Below are positions 1-12,059 of a DNA stretch of 57,254 bases, in pieces. Each line of letters starts with the position of its first letter. The first letter of the stretch is position 1. Source of the stretch: Octopus bimaculoides (Eukaryota); contig NC_068991.1 in the NCBI RefSeq assembly GCF_001194135.2, positions 71,751,833 through 71,809,086 of the forward strand. The letters are read 5' to 3'. Under the pieces are notes generated by a model that saw only the letters and a program-made list of their open reading frames with translations, ran no database searches and was not told the origin of the DNA. The position numbers and the translations under genes were made by a program.

Positions 1-337
1 ACCCTTTTACTTGTTTCAGTCATTTGACTGCAGCCATGCTGGAGCATCGCCTTTTAGTTGAGCAAATCGACCTCAGGACTTATTCTTTGTAAGCCTAGTA
101 CTTATTCTATCAGTCTCTTTTGCCGAACCGCTAAGTTACGGGGACGTAAACACACCAGCATCGGTTGTCAAGCGATGTTGGGGGGACAAACACAGACACA
201 AACATACACACACGCACACACATATATATATATGACTATATACAACAGGCTTTTTTCAGTTTCCGTCTACCAAATCCACCCACAAGGCTTTGGCCCGAGG
301 CTATAGTAGAAGACACTTGCCCAAGGTGCCCCGCAGT
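1..337 (-). mobile_element. tRNA-derived SINE family B (CORE-like ccttgggcaag motif), head truncated
   Basis: Matches the copies at 13547, 24160 and 27915: ttacttgtttcagtcatttgactgc...ttcagtttccgtctaccaaatcc...gcccaaggtgcc. Confidence 0.9.
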
Positions 338-699
338 AATATATTATATTATATTAATATTTAGCAGAAGTGAAAGAATTTTGTTCGTTTGCATTCATCA
401 AACTGATTTCATAAATGTCAGCGCATGAAACTCTCAGACCTTAAGTCACTCTGTTACTTCTGCTAAATATTAATAAAAATAATACATGTACTCATATTTT
501 AAGTTCTATTTTTCCCGTTTGCGTCAACATACGAAATATAAATATATATATATATATATGTATATACATAATATAGCATTCGTAATTCTAAAAATATAAA
601 AATTTTTATAAGAATAAATCTTTCCTATAAAACAGTTTTTAATTCACTGAACATCTTATTTAAATTAGGATAGTGTAGAATTGTCTCTAGAATAGAGGT

Positions 700-830
700 A
701 GAAGTTCTGCGAATTTTAAAATTTAGTTTACTGTGCCAGTCACCGAAAGTACCAGCTGAGTATTAAGGTCGATCTAATCAACTAACTACCTCCCAACAAA
801 TTTTAGGCGTTGTGCCTATAGTAGAAAGGA
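700..830 (+). mobile_element. SINE family C, degenerate 3' part
   Basis: aaagtaccagctgagtattaaggtcgatctaatc...gtgcctatagtagaaagga. Confidence 0.6.
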
Positions 831-851
831 CTACTACTATTGCTGCTGCTG

Positions 852-922
<71 letters not shown>
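831..922. repeat. (CTA)n microsatellite
   Basis: Direct reading. Confidence 0.95.
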
Positions 923-923
<1 letters not shown>

Positions 924-1439
924 AGCCAAGTAATAACTCACACGTGTTAAATATTTTTTCAGCGCATTAATTAAATATTCATTTTGAAAATAATCTACTT
1001 CTGAGAACATTTCTTTAAAATAGCAAATCCGTTTCCGGTGGCAATTCACTATTCCTCTTCGCAGCGTCTCTGCCAATGCACGCTGAGACAGTAGGGTTTC
1101 CGTTTTCATTTTTTTTTTCCAGGAAGTTATCGAGTGAAAAAATTTGACGTGAAAGTTAACAAGGGACTGAAATACTCAAGTTGACGCCGTTTTTGTATAG
1201 ACCCGTTTCAACCCTGAGTAACTAAAAAGCTGTCCATTAGTCCCACTTATTCCGGATCCAGTAAACCTGGATAACATCAAAAGTATCCTGGACATAACCA
1301 TCATATATCCGAGTTAACATTCTTGGCGTAATTTGAAAATGATTCGACTAATTTGAAAGATAATCTAAAGACTGATTCAGTAGATTTCCAACTATCAGCT
1401 TCTCAGATATTTTTTTCAGCTATAATGTATTCAAAGTGA

Positions 1440-1812
1440 GGAGGCGCAATGGCCCAGTGGTTAGGGCAGCGGACTCGTGGTCATAGGATCGCGGTTTCGA
1501 TTCCCAAACCGGGCGTTGTGAGTGTTTATTGAGCGAAAACACCTAAAGCTCCACGAGGCTCCGGCAGGGGATGGTGGTGAACCCTGTTGTACTCTTTCAC
1601 CACAACTTTCTCTCACTCTTACTTCCTGTTTCTGTTGTGCCTGTCATTCAAAGGGTCAGCCTTGTCATACTGTGTCACGCTGAATCTCCCCGAGAACTAC
1701 GTTAAGGGTACACGTGTCTGTGGAGTGCTCAGCCACTTGCACGTTAATTTCACGAGCAAGTTGTTCCGTTGATCGGATCAACTGGAACCCTCGACGGAGT
1801 GCCAACAAACAA
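1440..1812 (+). mobile_element. tRNA-derived SINE, family A, full length with 12-bp TSD
   Basis: A-box TGGCCCAGTGG, B-box GGTTTCGATTCCC. TSD aatgtattcaaa at 1424-1435 and 1820-1831. Highly similar to the inverted copy at 22477-22857. Confidence 0.9.
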
Positions 1813-2324
1813 TAAAAAAAATGTATTCAAAACTATATTATCTAATTCGTCCTTTCTATTTAAAAATGGTGGAATTTGGTTTTAGGTATATTTGGGTACT
1901 ATGTTCTAGCAGGTAGACAGCGTAAAGGTTTCTTTATTGCTTCGTGATGTTCATATTTTCCCCCAAAGTATTACCAAACATATGAAATAAATAAGCTGAA
2001 ACCGTTACAATCAAGAACAGCAGAAGCAGTTTATCAAGAGTTTGCCTTCGTTTCAGATATCTGTTACATTACACACCTGTGTGCAATTTCCACTCGCAGC
2101 TTGTATCAAAATACATATAATGCTCTTCCTAATTGGACAGGCTAAACCCAAATTCAGTTCAACGAAGTGATGAAGAGGATCATTTTTTCCCCCACTAATT
2201 CGGCATACTCCCGAAGCTCGAAGTACCGATGGACCCCAGAAATTGTGAGAGAGATGGAAATTTTTCCAACCTATCTTTTCTCATTCTTTTTCTCCCACTA
2301 CCTTTACTAATTCGTTTATTTTTT

Positions 2325-2352
2325 CTGATGAAGGATTAGTGTCCGAAGCGTC
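2325..2352 (+). ncRNA. Degenerate minimal hammerhead motif (GAAA to GAAG) in a Penelope-like end
   Basis: ctgatgaaggattagtgtccgaagcgtc followed by ...aagctaatacatttgtt. Confidence 0.45.
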
Positions 2353-2514
2353 AAGGCATTTCCCTTCTTTTTAAGCATTAAGCTAATACATTTGTTAAAA
2401 CTCCCAAAATATCAAACTGGATTACTGCCCTTGCAACCAAGTGGACTCCACTAAAATTAGACAAAGGCTAGAGATGGCGTTAAATTAAACAGCAGATTTT
2501 AGTCTGCCACCTAA

Positions 2515-2745
2515 GAAGGTCGCGGCGAAATTTGAACTCACGCCACAAATTGCTGGAATAAAATCCGCAAAGTATCACACTACCGTTTCCGCTAGTCAAC
2601 TATTCCGGCATTTTATTTACCAATCCCGGAAGGAAGAAAGACAAGGAAGGCCACGGCAAAAACTGAACTCATAACACAAGGATCCAAAATAAACCTAGGC
2701 AGTAATTTAACCCAACCTTCTAACGCCTCTGCCAATTCGCTGCGA
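2515..2745 (-). mobile_element. Two tandem degenerate family-C-like SINE fragments
   Basis: aaatttgaactcac... and aaactgaactcataac...ttctaacgcctctgccaattcgctgc. Confidence 0.5.
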
Positions 2746-3686
2746 AAGTAGTGACGCTGATTGTGAAAATCGTATTTGCATTAAATATGTAGAACACTCA
2801 CCCGAGATATTTTCCATTAAACTATATTGTGAAATTAATATTATGCTCCTTATTGTCACGTTCATGTTTGACCTTGACTCTGAAAAATATATTAACACAG
2901 AATCGACCCATACGTGACTTTAGCTTTATAGAAAATGTAAATATTTATTACTACTCACCATATACAAGAATAGTAATTATAATTTGACCAATAGTATTAA
3001 TGAAATTCGTGTTATATTTTAGTGGTATTTCGGGTTTATTGTTCTATCAATGTCAATCATGTCTTTTCTGCTATTAATCTGTCTTTCATAATTCAAAATC
3101 CGAGCATTCACCATCAGACATGAATGCTGCTCCCTTGTGTGTTTCACACTGGTTTCCCAGTTTTCAACCCCTGATATAATTTTACGAAATGTTTTATTAA
3201 TAGAACGTCTATATACTCAATGTAATTCTTTTCTTCATTCACGGGTCTGGCAGTATATAGAGAATTTGAGACACGAATCTACTGGAGTTTGCAAGAGATA
3301 CATTGAACGAGACTGCTAGAGATAGACACACTGCGTTTCAGTTTCACACAACCCGAAATAAACTGACGAAATATCCGGACAAAGAGAGAAAACGTATATT
3401 GTCAATTGATAGAGAATCTACTTTGTAAAGTACTGAGATTTTGAAAGCTCTCATCTTCTTGTGATTTTACTAGAGACATCAGGAGCGAGCTCATTACAGC
3501 AGCTGAAAACCGAGACTGCAATGTGAAAGGTATGGAAGATGCATTAAAGATGAGTTTGGTCCAGTCTGTTGAATTTGATAAGGGACATCAAGGATGACCC
3601 TAGATATAGAAACCTGTACAGCATTTCAAATTTGTGATCTGCTCATTTCAATGTTACCGTTTTGTGAATCCCCAATCCTTTGAAAC

Positions 3687-4285
3687 GGCAGCGAAGTGGC
3701 AGAGTCGACAGAGAATCGGATATAATGCCTCACAAGTGCTTTTTCCAACTCTCTGCATTCCGAGTTCATATTCCTGCTAAGTACACGTCGCTTTTCATTC
3801 TTTCGGGGTTCAGTATATAGAAAGGGCCAATCCAGCGCAATGGAGTGATGGAACTGCTAGAGCACAAAACACGATACCCTGTGGCATCTGTTCCAATTCT
3901 CTGCGTTCCGCTCAAGTACACTTTGCCGTTCATTCTTTTCGGGGTTCATAAAAAAGGACCAATCCGGAGCAGCAAAACTGCTAGAGGTGTCAGATGTAAC
4001 GCCCTATGATATCTGTTCCAACCTTTCGCGCTCCAAGTTCAAATCCTGCCGACGTACATATCGATTTTCATTCCTTTCGGGGTCGATAAAAAGAATTATC
4101 AATCTAGGGTGGTGGGGTTACCGAACTCTTAGAGAGCCAGATGCGATTTCCTGTATTATCTGTTCCAAGCCTCTGAGTTCCAAGTTCAAATCTCGCTGCG
4201 ATACGCTTCGCAGTGGGCTGGCGAAACTTTTAGAGTACCAGACGTGATACCTTGTGGTAATTATTCTGACCGTTTGCGTTCTGAC
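3687..4285 (+). repeat. Head-to-tail array of about 5 degenerate family-C-like SINE monomers (period roughly 130-150 bp)
   Basis: Recurring ...ctgctagag...atctgttccaa...ttccaagttcaaat...ttcattc(c/t)tttcggggt(t/c) modules. Confidence 0.7.
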
Positions 4286-4531
4286 AACAGTGCCTGGTGT
4301 CATGCATTACCGGTCTTAGGGCGGCAGCCCATCGCCATAGATAAAATCGGTGACGTGCAAAGGGGACATTCGCATGTCAGTCTTTCACATAAATAAACTT
4401 TGCCCAGGCCTGCCTGTGCATACAGATTCATATACATGGGCGACCCTCACCGACGGAAGGACCAGATTCATTCGGATTATTCTAAAACTGCAGGTTGTCT
4501 AGGGCAGAAGATCATCAACTAGGTCACCTTA

Positions 4532-4620
4532 GTGATGATGAGGACGACGACGACGATAGTGACGACAATCACCACGACGACGGTGATGACGGTGATGACG
4601 GTGATGACGATGTCGACGAT
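4532..4620. repeat. (GAY)n imperfect trinucleotide repeat
   Basis: gatgatgaggacgacgacgacgat...ggtgatgacggtgatgac. Confidence 0.85.
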
Positions 4621-4788
4621 GAACACACACATACACACGTACGTACCTATACATATGCATGCATACAAATACATATATAAATACATACATACACACATAC
4701 ACATATAAAGCATATTACTCTACCTCTGGTATTCGAGTACTATTTTTTCCACCTTGTTTTGCATGTATGAGCTTACTCTGGTCTCTGG

Positions 4789-4832
<44 letters not shown>

Positions 4833-4844
4833 TGCGTGTGTATA

Positions 4845-5121
4845 CAATAATGCCTCACCATATCGCGGTTCACCTATCGCGGTTCACCTATCGCGGTTCA
4901 CCTATCGCGGTTCACCTATCGCGGTTCACCTATCGCAATTTATTATTTAAGCTCACGTCGACTCCTCCGTGGTATTATTTTGCATTTATAATAAAATAAA
5001 TATATACAAACTATAAAAATAACAAAACAAAAATATACACTACAGTACTGTTTCTACCGTGGGTTTTCACCTATTGCGGGGATTTGGGAACGTAACAGCC
5101 GCGATAGTCGAGGGATTACTG
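4845..5121. mobile_element. Tigger/pogo-like MITE with an expanded 14-bp subterminal repeat
   Basis: Left TIR caataatgcctcaccatatcgcgg follows TA; right TIR (reverse complement) is cagtaatccctcgactatcgcgg. (tatcgcggttcacc)x5 at 4861-4930. Confidence 0.8.
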
Positions 5122-6127
5122 TGACACTTTCAAATTTATCAGAATATTTGGGCTGAAGATTGGAATAGTGAAATTTTCATTCGCTTAACCATGAAACGAT
5201 TCGTATCCAATTAACTAAAGACTTGTTTTGTTTACGCTTTTCCCTCCGGTTTTTTGTTCTATGTGTGCCATAAATATCGCCATCCGTTTAGAGAAAAATT
5301 TGTAGTTTAGAATCAGTAGTTCTTTGACTGCTATTTCTAAATTTTCAGTATGTTGGAGAAGCAACTCAATGCTAATCCCTGNNNNNNNNNNNNNNNNNNN
5401 NNNNNNNNNNNNNNNNNNNNNNNNNNNNNNNNNNNNNNNNNNNNNNNNNNNNNNNNNNNNNNNNNNNNNNNNNNNNNNNNNNNNNNNNNNNNNNNNNNNN
5501 NNNNNNNNNNNNNNNNNNNNNNNNNNNNNNNNNNNNNNNNNNNNNNNNNNNNNNNNNNNNNNNNNNNNNNNNNNNNNNNNNNNNNNNNNNNNNNNNNNNN
5601 NNNNNNNNNNNNNNNNNNNNNNNNNNNNNNNNNNNNNNNNNNNNNNNNNNNNNNNNNNNNNNNNNNNNNNNNNNNNNNNNNNNNNNNNNNNNNNNNNNNN
5701 NNNNNNNNNNNNNCACACACACACACACCCATGTATATATATAAATTAGCCAATGAGAGGTGGGGTTAAATTAGTACAATAGTTCAAGGGTCCGGGAAAT
5801 CAAGGAGGGGCTCGTCAGATATTTACGAGACCCTTCCAAATACACATACAATCGACAGTCCCACTAAAAAATTTTTGAAAGGGGACCATCCTCGCCCCGG
5901 GAGCCCGAAAGCACTCTTGTTCCGCTTTGCAAGAATTCCTCCCAGAAGCCCGTATACATACATATGCTTTCTTACACCTACTGCACCTTTAATTATTATT
6001 AGCAGCAGAAATAATGGAAATAGAGTAACTTAGTACAACAACAACCTATTCCAATTAGCGTTCAGCCAATAAAATTCCATCTATCTTAATCATTTTGTTA
6101 TACTTGTTTACTTTCTAATTTGTCACT

Positions 6128-6396
6128 CTTTATCTTTTACTTGTTTCAGGCATTAAACTGCGGCCATGCTGGGGCATCGCCTTGGAGGCTTTTAAACGAA
6201 CAAATCGAGCCCCCCCACACACACACACACATTTTTTATTTTAAGCCTAGTACTTATTCTATCGGTCTCTTTTGCCGAAACGGTACACCGTTATTGTCAC
6301 GGGGACGGAAACAAACTAACGCTGGTTGTGAAGCGATGCAGAAGGAGAAACACATACACATGCACACGCGCGCGCATACAAGCACAAGCACAGAAA
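6128..6396 (-). mobile_element. SINE family B, 3' portion running into a gap
   Basis: cttttacttgtttcagg...gcggccatgctgg...aagcctagtacttattctatcggtctcttttgccgaa. Confidence 0.8.
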
Positions 6397-6836
6397 NNNN
6401 NNNNNNNNNNNNNNNNNNNNNNNNNNNNNNNNNNNNNNNNNNNNNNNNNNNNNNNNNNNNNNNNNNNNNNNNNNNNNNNNNNNNNNNNNNNNNNNNNNNN
6501 NNNNNNNNNNNNNNNNNNNNNNNNNNNNNNNNNNNNNNNNNNNNNNNNNNNNNNNNNNNNNNNNNNNNNNNNNNNNNNNNNNNNNNNNNNNNNNNNNNNN
6601 NNNNNNNNNNNNNNNNNNNNNNNNNNNNNNNNNNNNNNNNNNNNNNNNNNNNNNNNNNNNNNNNNNNNNNNNNNNNNNNNNNNNNNNNNNNNNNNNNNNN
6701 NNNNNNNNNNNNNNNNNNNNNNNNNNNNNNNNNNNNNNNNNNNNNNNNNNNNNNNNNNNNNNNNNNNNNNNNNNNNNNNNNNNNNNNNNNNNNNNNNNNN
6801 NNNNNNNNNNNNNNNNNNNNNNNNNNNNATTAAAAA

Positions 6837-7050
6837 GGCGGCGACATGGCAGACTCGTTAAGACACCGGACAAAATGCTTAGTAGCATTTCGTCCGTCTT
6901 TACATTTTGACTTCAAATTCCACCAAGGTCGACTTTGCTTTTCATCCGTTCGTGGGGTCGAAGAAGTAAGTGCCAGTTGAGCACTGGTTTTGATCTCATC
7001 GATTTCCCCTCTCCTCCCGAATTTCAGGATTCGTGCCTTTAATAGAAAGT
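6837..7050 (+). mobile_element. tRNA-derived SINE family C (central cctttcatcctttcggggtcgataaaataagtaccag domain, tentatively Meta/MESC-like)
   Basis: ggcggcgacatggcagactcgtta...ttcaaattccaccaaggtcgactttgcttttcatcc. Confidence 0.85.
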
Positions 7051-8248
7051 CGAGTGCCCTTGTAACTGTGTTCCTTTCTTGTAGTCACTCCTAGGATGTG
7101 CCGCTGGGGCAAAGAGAAGTGGGGCCGAAAGAAAAATGTCTATGTTTACTCGCGACTATATAGGCACCTAAAAGAATTAGCGAAAGCATGGTACAAGTTA
7201 CCAAACCATACTCATTCGCGGGTGACGGTTAGCTCGACACCATGTAAGAAGTTTCCTCCTTACAATAATGAACCCATGTATAGGGAGGTGAGATGTTGAA
7301 ATGTTCCTGTTTTCTCTGAGCAAATGTAATTGATGTTCAATTCTCAAGCCACCCCTGAGGGAGTAGACCAATGACATGAGGCGTTCCAGCCGTGAATATC
7401 CAATCTTTATCCAGACAATGTACCTAGGATCTTATCACAAGTCCGCTTTACCAAGCTCGGTATTGTAACACTAAAGCACAAAAGAAACATAAGACCACGG
7501 GTTTCGTCGATTTACTAAATACATTAAACCTTTTTATCATCACAACATGCTCCATTAGGATAGCAGAAACCAACAGTCCTTCCCAGTGGAGTAGAGCTTG
7601 TGCTACCCTGCTACTCACACTCCGAAAAGCACAACAAAATACCCAACGTATCGCTTTCCCTCTCAAAAATGCCAACGAAAGTGGACCGCATCCTCGCTCA
7701 CATTTAGCCGTGTTTGTGATCCTGCCTTCTTTAAGGCATTAAGTAGACTGTGTGATATGCAGAAGGCTTGGCTGCTGTTTCTAACAGGCCGAGTGACACA
7801 CATTGATTTAGCTGCATGCGTGTATGCGTGCGTATGTGCGTGCATGCGTGTGTACGTGCATGCGTGCGTGCTTACGTGAGTGTTTTTAACCGGGAATCGT
7901 GTCAAACACACAAAATTAACAAAAGACGCGGGAAACGCAAAAAAAAAAATACAATAAAATAAATAAAGTGCAATGAAAAGCTGATAAGTATTTATTGTTT
8001 ACAGTAAAAGAAGTTGTTTTTGTGAAACCTTTTCTATTCACAGTCATAGGACCGCTAGCAGTAATATACCGTCGCGCTGTATAATATATCCACTTGTTTT
8101 ATTGTTAGCGAACAGCTGCCAGGAAATGTTTATATTCAGGTATATAACAACAGAGAAACGGGTGGGATAAGGGGTTTGGTGGGTAGCTTACTTTTAGATA
8201 GTTCACACACTACATTGAATAGCAGCTAGCGAGAAAGAGAGAGACGGG

Positions 8249-8283
<35 letters not shown>

Positions 8284-8654
8284 CAACATTATTTCGCTTC
8301 GTTTCTCCTAAGAGTAAGTGACTTCTTAGTAGACTCGCACTTGTTTATTTTAGAGGGAAATTTAATCTGAAGATTCTTTCAAACTCGACTGCGTCGCCTA
8401 ACATTCCCCAACACCCGTATATCTCTTTCCGTTACGAACAACATTTCAATTTCTCCTGATTGACAAGCAGTAAAATTGAATCTATCTATCTATCTATCTA
8501 TCTATCTTCTGTCAATCGATCTTCTGCGTGACCGTTGCGATAATACTGTCCGATGAGCGGTCAGGTGTAAACTTATTTTCGGTTTTAATAAAGAGTATTT
8601 TACTCTACTTTTGGTATTCGAGTACTATTTTTCCACCTTGTTTTGTATTAATTG

Positions 8655-8691
<37 letters not shown>

Positions 8692-8696
<5 letters not shown>

Positions 8697-8840
8697 GGGA
8701 TTCTTTCAGTTTCCGTCTACCAAATCCACTCCCATGATTTTGGTCAAACCGAGGCTTGCCCAAGGTGCCACGCAGTGCGACTGAACCCGGAACCATATGG
8801 TTGAGAAGCAAGGTTCTTCCCACAGAGTCACACGCATACG
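8692..8840 (-). mobile_element. SINE family B head
   Basis: ttcagtttccgtctaccaaatccact...ccaaggtgccacgcagtgcgactgaacccggaacc. Confidence 0.8.
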
Positions 8841-8856
8841 CGCGCACTTACATATA

Positions 8857-9655
8857 CAATCATACCTCACCCTACGTCGTTAATTGGTTCCAGGGGACAC
8901 GACTTAGGTCGAAAAACAACTTAAGTCGAAATAACCATTATTTAAATGTATAGACATGTAACAATTAAATCCTAGGCTAGCCTAGCTTGTTTTTACGTTA
9001 GCTTACGAATTCGGCTGCTTTTATATTAAAAAGAAATAATTTCAAATACTGTACTGTTGCCTACCTGATGGCTGACGTCGGTTTTACTCGTTGAGGGGGA
9101 TGTAGGATGATGATGAGGAGGAGGAGATTACATACTAGATGTCGATGGTTGGAGGTCGTCAGCTGACTCCTGTTGTGATGGTGTAGTTCGTTGAGCGAAC
9201 TTATCTAAAGTTCCTTGAAATATCTTTTTCTTCTTTACAAGGATTAGGTAATAAGTTGCAATAGTATCTTGCCAACCCCCCAATAATTTTTGGAATTGGG
9301 ATCCATTTCCTCAAATAAAGCAAGACATTTATCTAAATGAGAAAAAGCCTCTTGCATTTTCTTCAACGTAAAACGACGCAGCTCGGGATCAATGATGCAT
9401 TCTGTATTTTAACATTAATTTTAATATGCTATACAGGTTGTTTCTATTGTTCTGTTTTTTTTGTTTTGTTTTTTATTTCCCGGAGACGAATACAAACGGA
9501 ACCCATCGATACAACCCGGAACTAACAGTACAATATACTATGAACGTTATTGCTGTTTTGCCAGGCGACGTAAATTAATATTGTATTTAATATTTTAGAG
9601 AGACCGACGTATCTTCGGAAATGACGCAAGTCGAAACGACTTAACCAGAGGTATA
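8857..9655 (-). mobile_element. Internally deleted Tigger/pogo-like DNA transposon
   Basis: Left end TA|caatcatacctcaccctacgtcgttaattggttcc, right end ...acgacttaaccagaggtata. Contains a transposase C-terminal remnant. Confidence 0.7.
9128..9268 (-). pseudogene. Tigger/pogo transposase C-terminal remnant
   Basis: DTIATYYLILVKKKKIFQGTLDKFAQRTTPSQQESADDLQPSTSSM* resembles the Y..I..KKK...Q.TLDKF...PSTS tail of Tigger transposases. Confidence 0.75.
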
Positions 9656-9887
9656 CATACATACATACATACATACATACATAGTTTTTACGTTTGCTTC
9701 GCAGTATTATTGATGAAATCGTATATTGAAACCTACTTTTGTAATTTGAGATAATGCGGCCTATTAAAAAACACACACACACATAATCGTTTTATTTCGT
9801 TCCATAAATAATTAGATAATTGTTTAACTGATTAGTCAATGTTCTTTTGTCAAAGCCTGATGACCTTATCGAGGATATTGTTGTTCT

Positions 9888-9956
9888 TCATGCAATCGTG
9901 CACCGCTTGTCCTTTGCTCCTCGCTCTGCAACGATCCTCCAACGCCAAGCAATGAG
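9888..9956 (-). CDS. Candidate terminal coding exon: LIAWRWRIVAERGAKDKRCTIA* (CaaX-like end)
   Basis: Acceptor ctcttattcttag|, in frame with the 10711-10773 exon, TGA at 9890-9888, minus-strand AATAAA at 9796-9791. Confidence 0.5.
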   Translation of the reverse strand, partial: LIAWRWRIVAERGAKDKRCTIA

Positions 9957-10710
9957 CTAAGAATAAGAGGCGTGTGCGAGCGCGGACAAGGTACAAGACG
10001 GCCACATCGTAATCGATAAAGTTACAGGTTGTGACGAAGTATTTTAACAAGTCAGTTTATCAACAACAAAATCTACTTATTAGTTGACTAATCTAATTAT
10101 TGAAAATAAAACTAAAGTGAAACACAACCAGTGCACTTGTGTGTGTCTGTGTGTGTGTGCGTGCGTACATATACAAACATACATGCATACATCGTAAGCA
10201 GCAAAGAGCACCGTGCAATTAACAAGTGTTTCATCATTTAGCATTGCCACATTAAAACCCTCACGCAAATGTAGGGCAATGATAATAGGGACGTACCCCA
10301 CCCTTATGAACTGACAGTAGCTCTACTGCTTCAACATGAAATACCCATTAGCGCCCTACAAACCAAATAGCTTACAGCAATGACTCAGTAGTCAATATGA
10401 AAACTTACGCTGCATGAGAACAGCACGAGTCTTTCACAACCTTAAATCCACGGAAATAGTTTTTAGTGTTGTTTCCACCATAATATGCTACATAAGCTTT
10501 CATCATCTATGGCCTTCATATGAAATATATATATACTTCGAAATGGAATTCATTTACCTCATTTATTCTCTTCTTTTCTTTTCCTTTCGTGTTTCTTTTC
10601 TCTTTTCTTTTCGTAATTGTTCTCGAGATTTTTGAGATGTCGCTGCGCAGAGTGTTCTTATTATTTTCGTAGGTTGTTTGTTTTGATTAGGCATCTTTGT
10701 ATTTTCTCAC

Positions 10711-10773
10711 GTTTTGCTCCACAAAGAACCCTGCTGGTCCAATAGTTGCTTCAGATTCAGCTGCGCAGCGATT
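10711..10773 (-). CDS. Candidate coding exon (63 nt, phase 0-0): NRCAAESEATIGPAGFFVEQN
   Basis: Acceptor gttcacttttag|, donor AAC|gtgaga, length a multiple of 3, GC-richer island in AT-rich DNA. Confidence 0.55.
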
Positions 10774-10961
10774 CTAAAAGTGAACACACAAACCTGCACT
10801 CTTGACACCAATCGCTTGCTTACTGTACCTTCTATCTTGTAACAATACTCCATTATAAGTACACTGCAACAGAACTTTTTTTTTTATTTCCTTTTTTTTG
10901 TTGTTGTTGCTGTTTTTTCTTTGACATTCCATGTACGACCTCCTCGATTCATCGTATTTTC

Positions 10962-11003
<42 letters not shown>

Positions 11004-11019
11004 GAGAGAGAAGCATACA

Positions 11020-11152
11020 ACAGTCTTCCACACAGTTTCCGTCTAGCAAATTCACTCACAAGGCACTGGTCGGTCTGGGGCTACTGTAGAAGACACTAGC
11101 CTAAGGAGCCCCGCAGTTGGGACTGAAACCGAAACGACGTTTTTGCAAAGTG
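11020..11152 (-). mobile_element. SINE family B head, diverged
   Basis: cagtttccgtctagcaaattcactcacaaggc...gggactgaaacc. Confidence 0.7.
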
Positions 11153-11220
11153 NNNNNNNNNNNNNNNNNNNNNNNNNNNNNNNNNNNNNNNNNNNNNNNN
11201 NNNNNNNNNNNNNNNATATA

Positions 11221-12050
11221 TACTAGCTGACGTACCCAGTAATTCCCGGGAAAGCGGGGCTTATCCCTTGGTTCTGTCCTCATAATTGTTTCGCTAATCC
11301 AATAACAACAATACAAAGTATGTAGCCCTTAAAACAGTTTTTGTGCATTTTCAGAGAATACCAAACTGTCTTACACAAGGTCTTGTTTTTTAGGAATTCC
11401 CAAACTGTGAAGTCAGTTATGTAATAACATGAAATTAGTTACCCGATAGTAAGAATTCAAATAAAGTAGCCCCGAAAAGGGCTTTAATGCGTTCCCAGAG
11501 AATATAGAACACAGGACGAAATACTAATAAAGTATGTATACTAAAATCATGAAGCATGTTACGTAATAACAGGCTAATCAGGTATGAGATAATAACAATT
11601 CAAAGTAAATAACTCTGAAAAGGGCTTTTGTGCGTTCCCAGAGAATATTACCCTCAGGAGCGCTAGTGTTGATATATTCGTGAATAATCACTAACTGAAA
11701 TAAGTGGATCTATTGCTTAGGAAAGTACTATTTATTTGTTTAAGGGTTATACTGGATAAATTGCGAAAATAACTAACAGTTCAAATACTAAGAAATAATC
11801 ATGCTCAATTTCATTTTTACCAAATAATTTAGGAAAATGAATGAGTTGGCTTTTGAAATAAAATATATTGGATATATATAAGGATCCCTTCCAGGGGCCC
11901 TATTATCGATTTTCAACAATCTGAGTATACCATGAGGTTTCCAGACCTGAGTTCTACTCACGTGTGAAGTTTCATCAAAATCGATAAAACGCTGTAGGAG
12001 GAGTTAGCTAATAACTCCACAAACACACCCACAGATAGAATTTCCCACAT
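11221..12050 (+). mobile_element. Non-autonomous Helentron/DINE(HINE)-like rolling-circle element
   Basis: Starts tactagctgacgtaccc, ends with gtgtgaagtttcatcaaaatcg...gtaggaggagtt. Internal direct repeat gaaaagggcttt..tgcgttcccagagaatat at ~11474 and ~11617. Confidence 0.6.
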
Positions 12051-12059
12051 ATTTTTTTA

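Noticed and set aside
1440-1515. tRNA gene interpretation of SINE heads (also 25770, 32645, 33533)
   Set aside because: A/B boxes are present but there is no complete cloverleaf, and the heads run into SINE bodies with TSDs.
4495-4680. Acidic poly-Asp ORF
   Set aside because: Product of a GAY trinucleotide repeat flanked by CA/TA microsatellite.
4861-4936. 14-bp direct repeats as a CRISPR-like array
   Set aside because: No spacers, eukaryotic context, and they lie inside a MITE.
7096-7800. Possible GIY-YIG or LINE ORF fragments (YIG, ELAKAWYK, DPAFF)
   Set aside because: Motifs are too short and spread over different frames; probably a retroelement relic but I cannot support a call.
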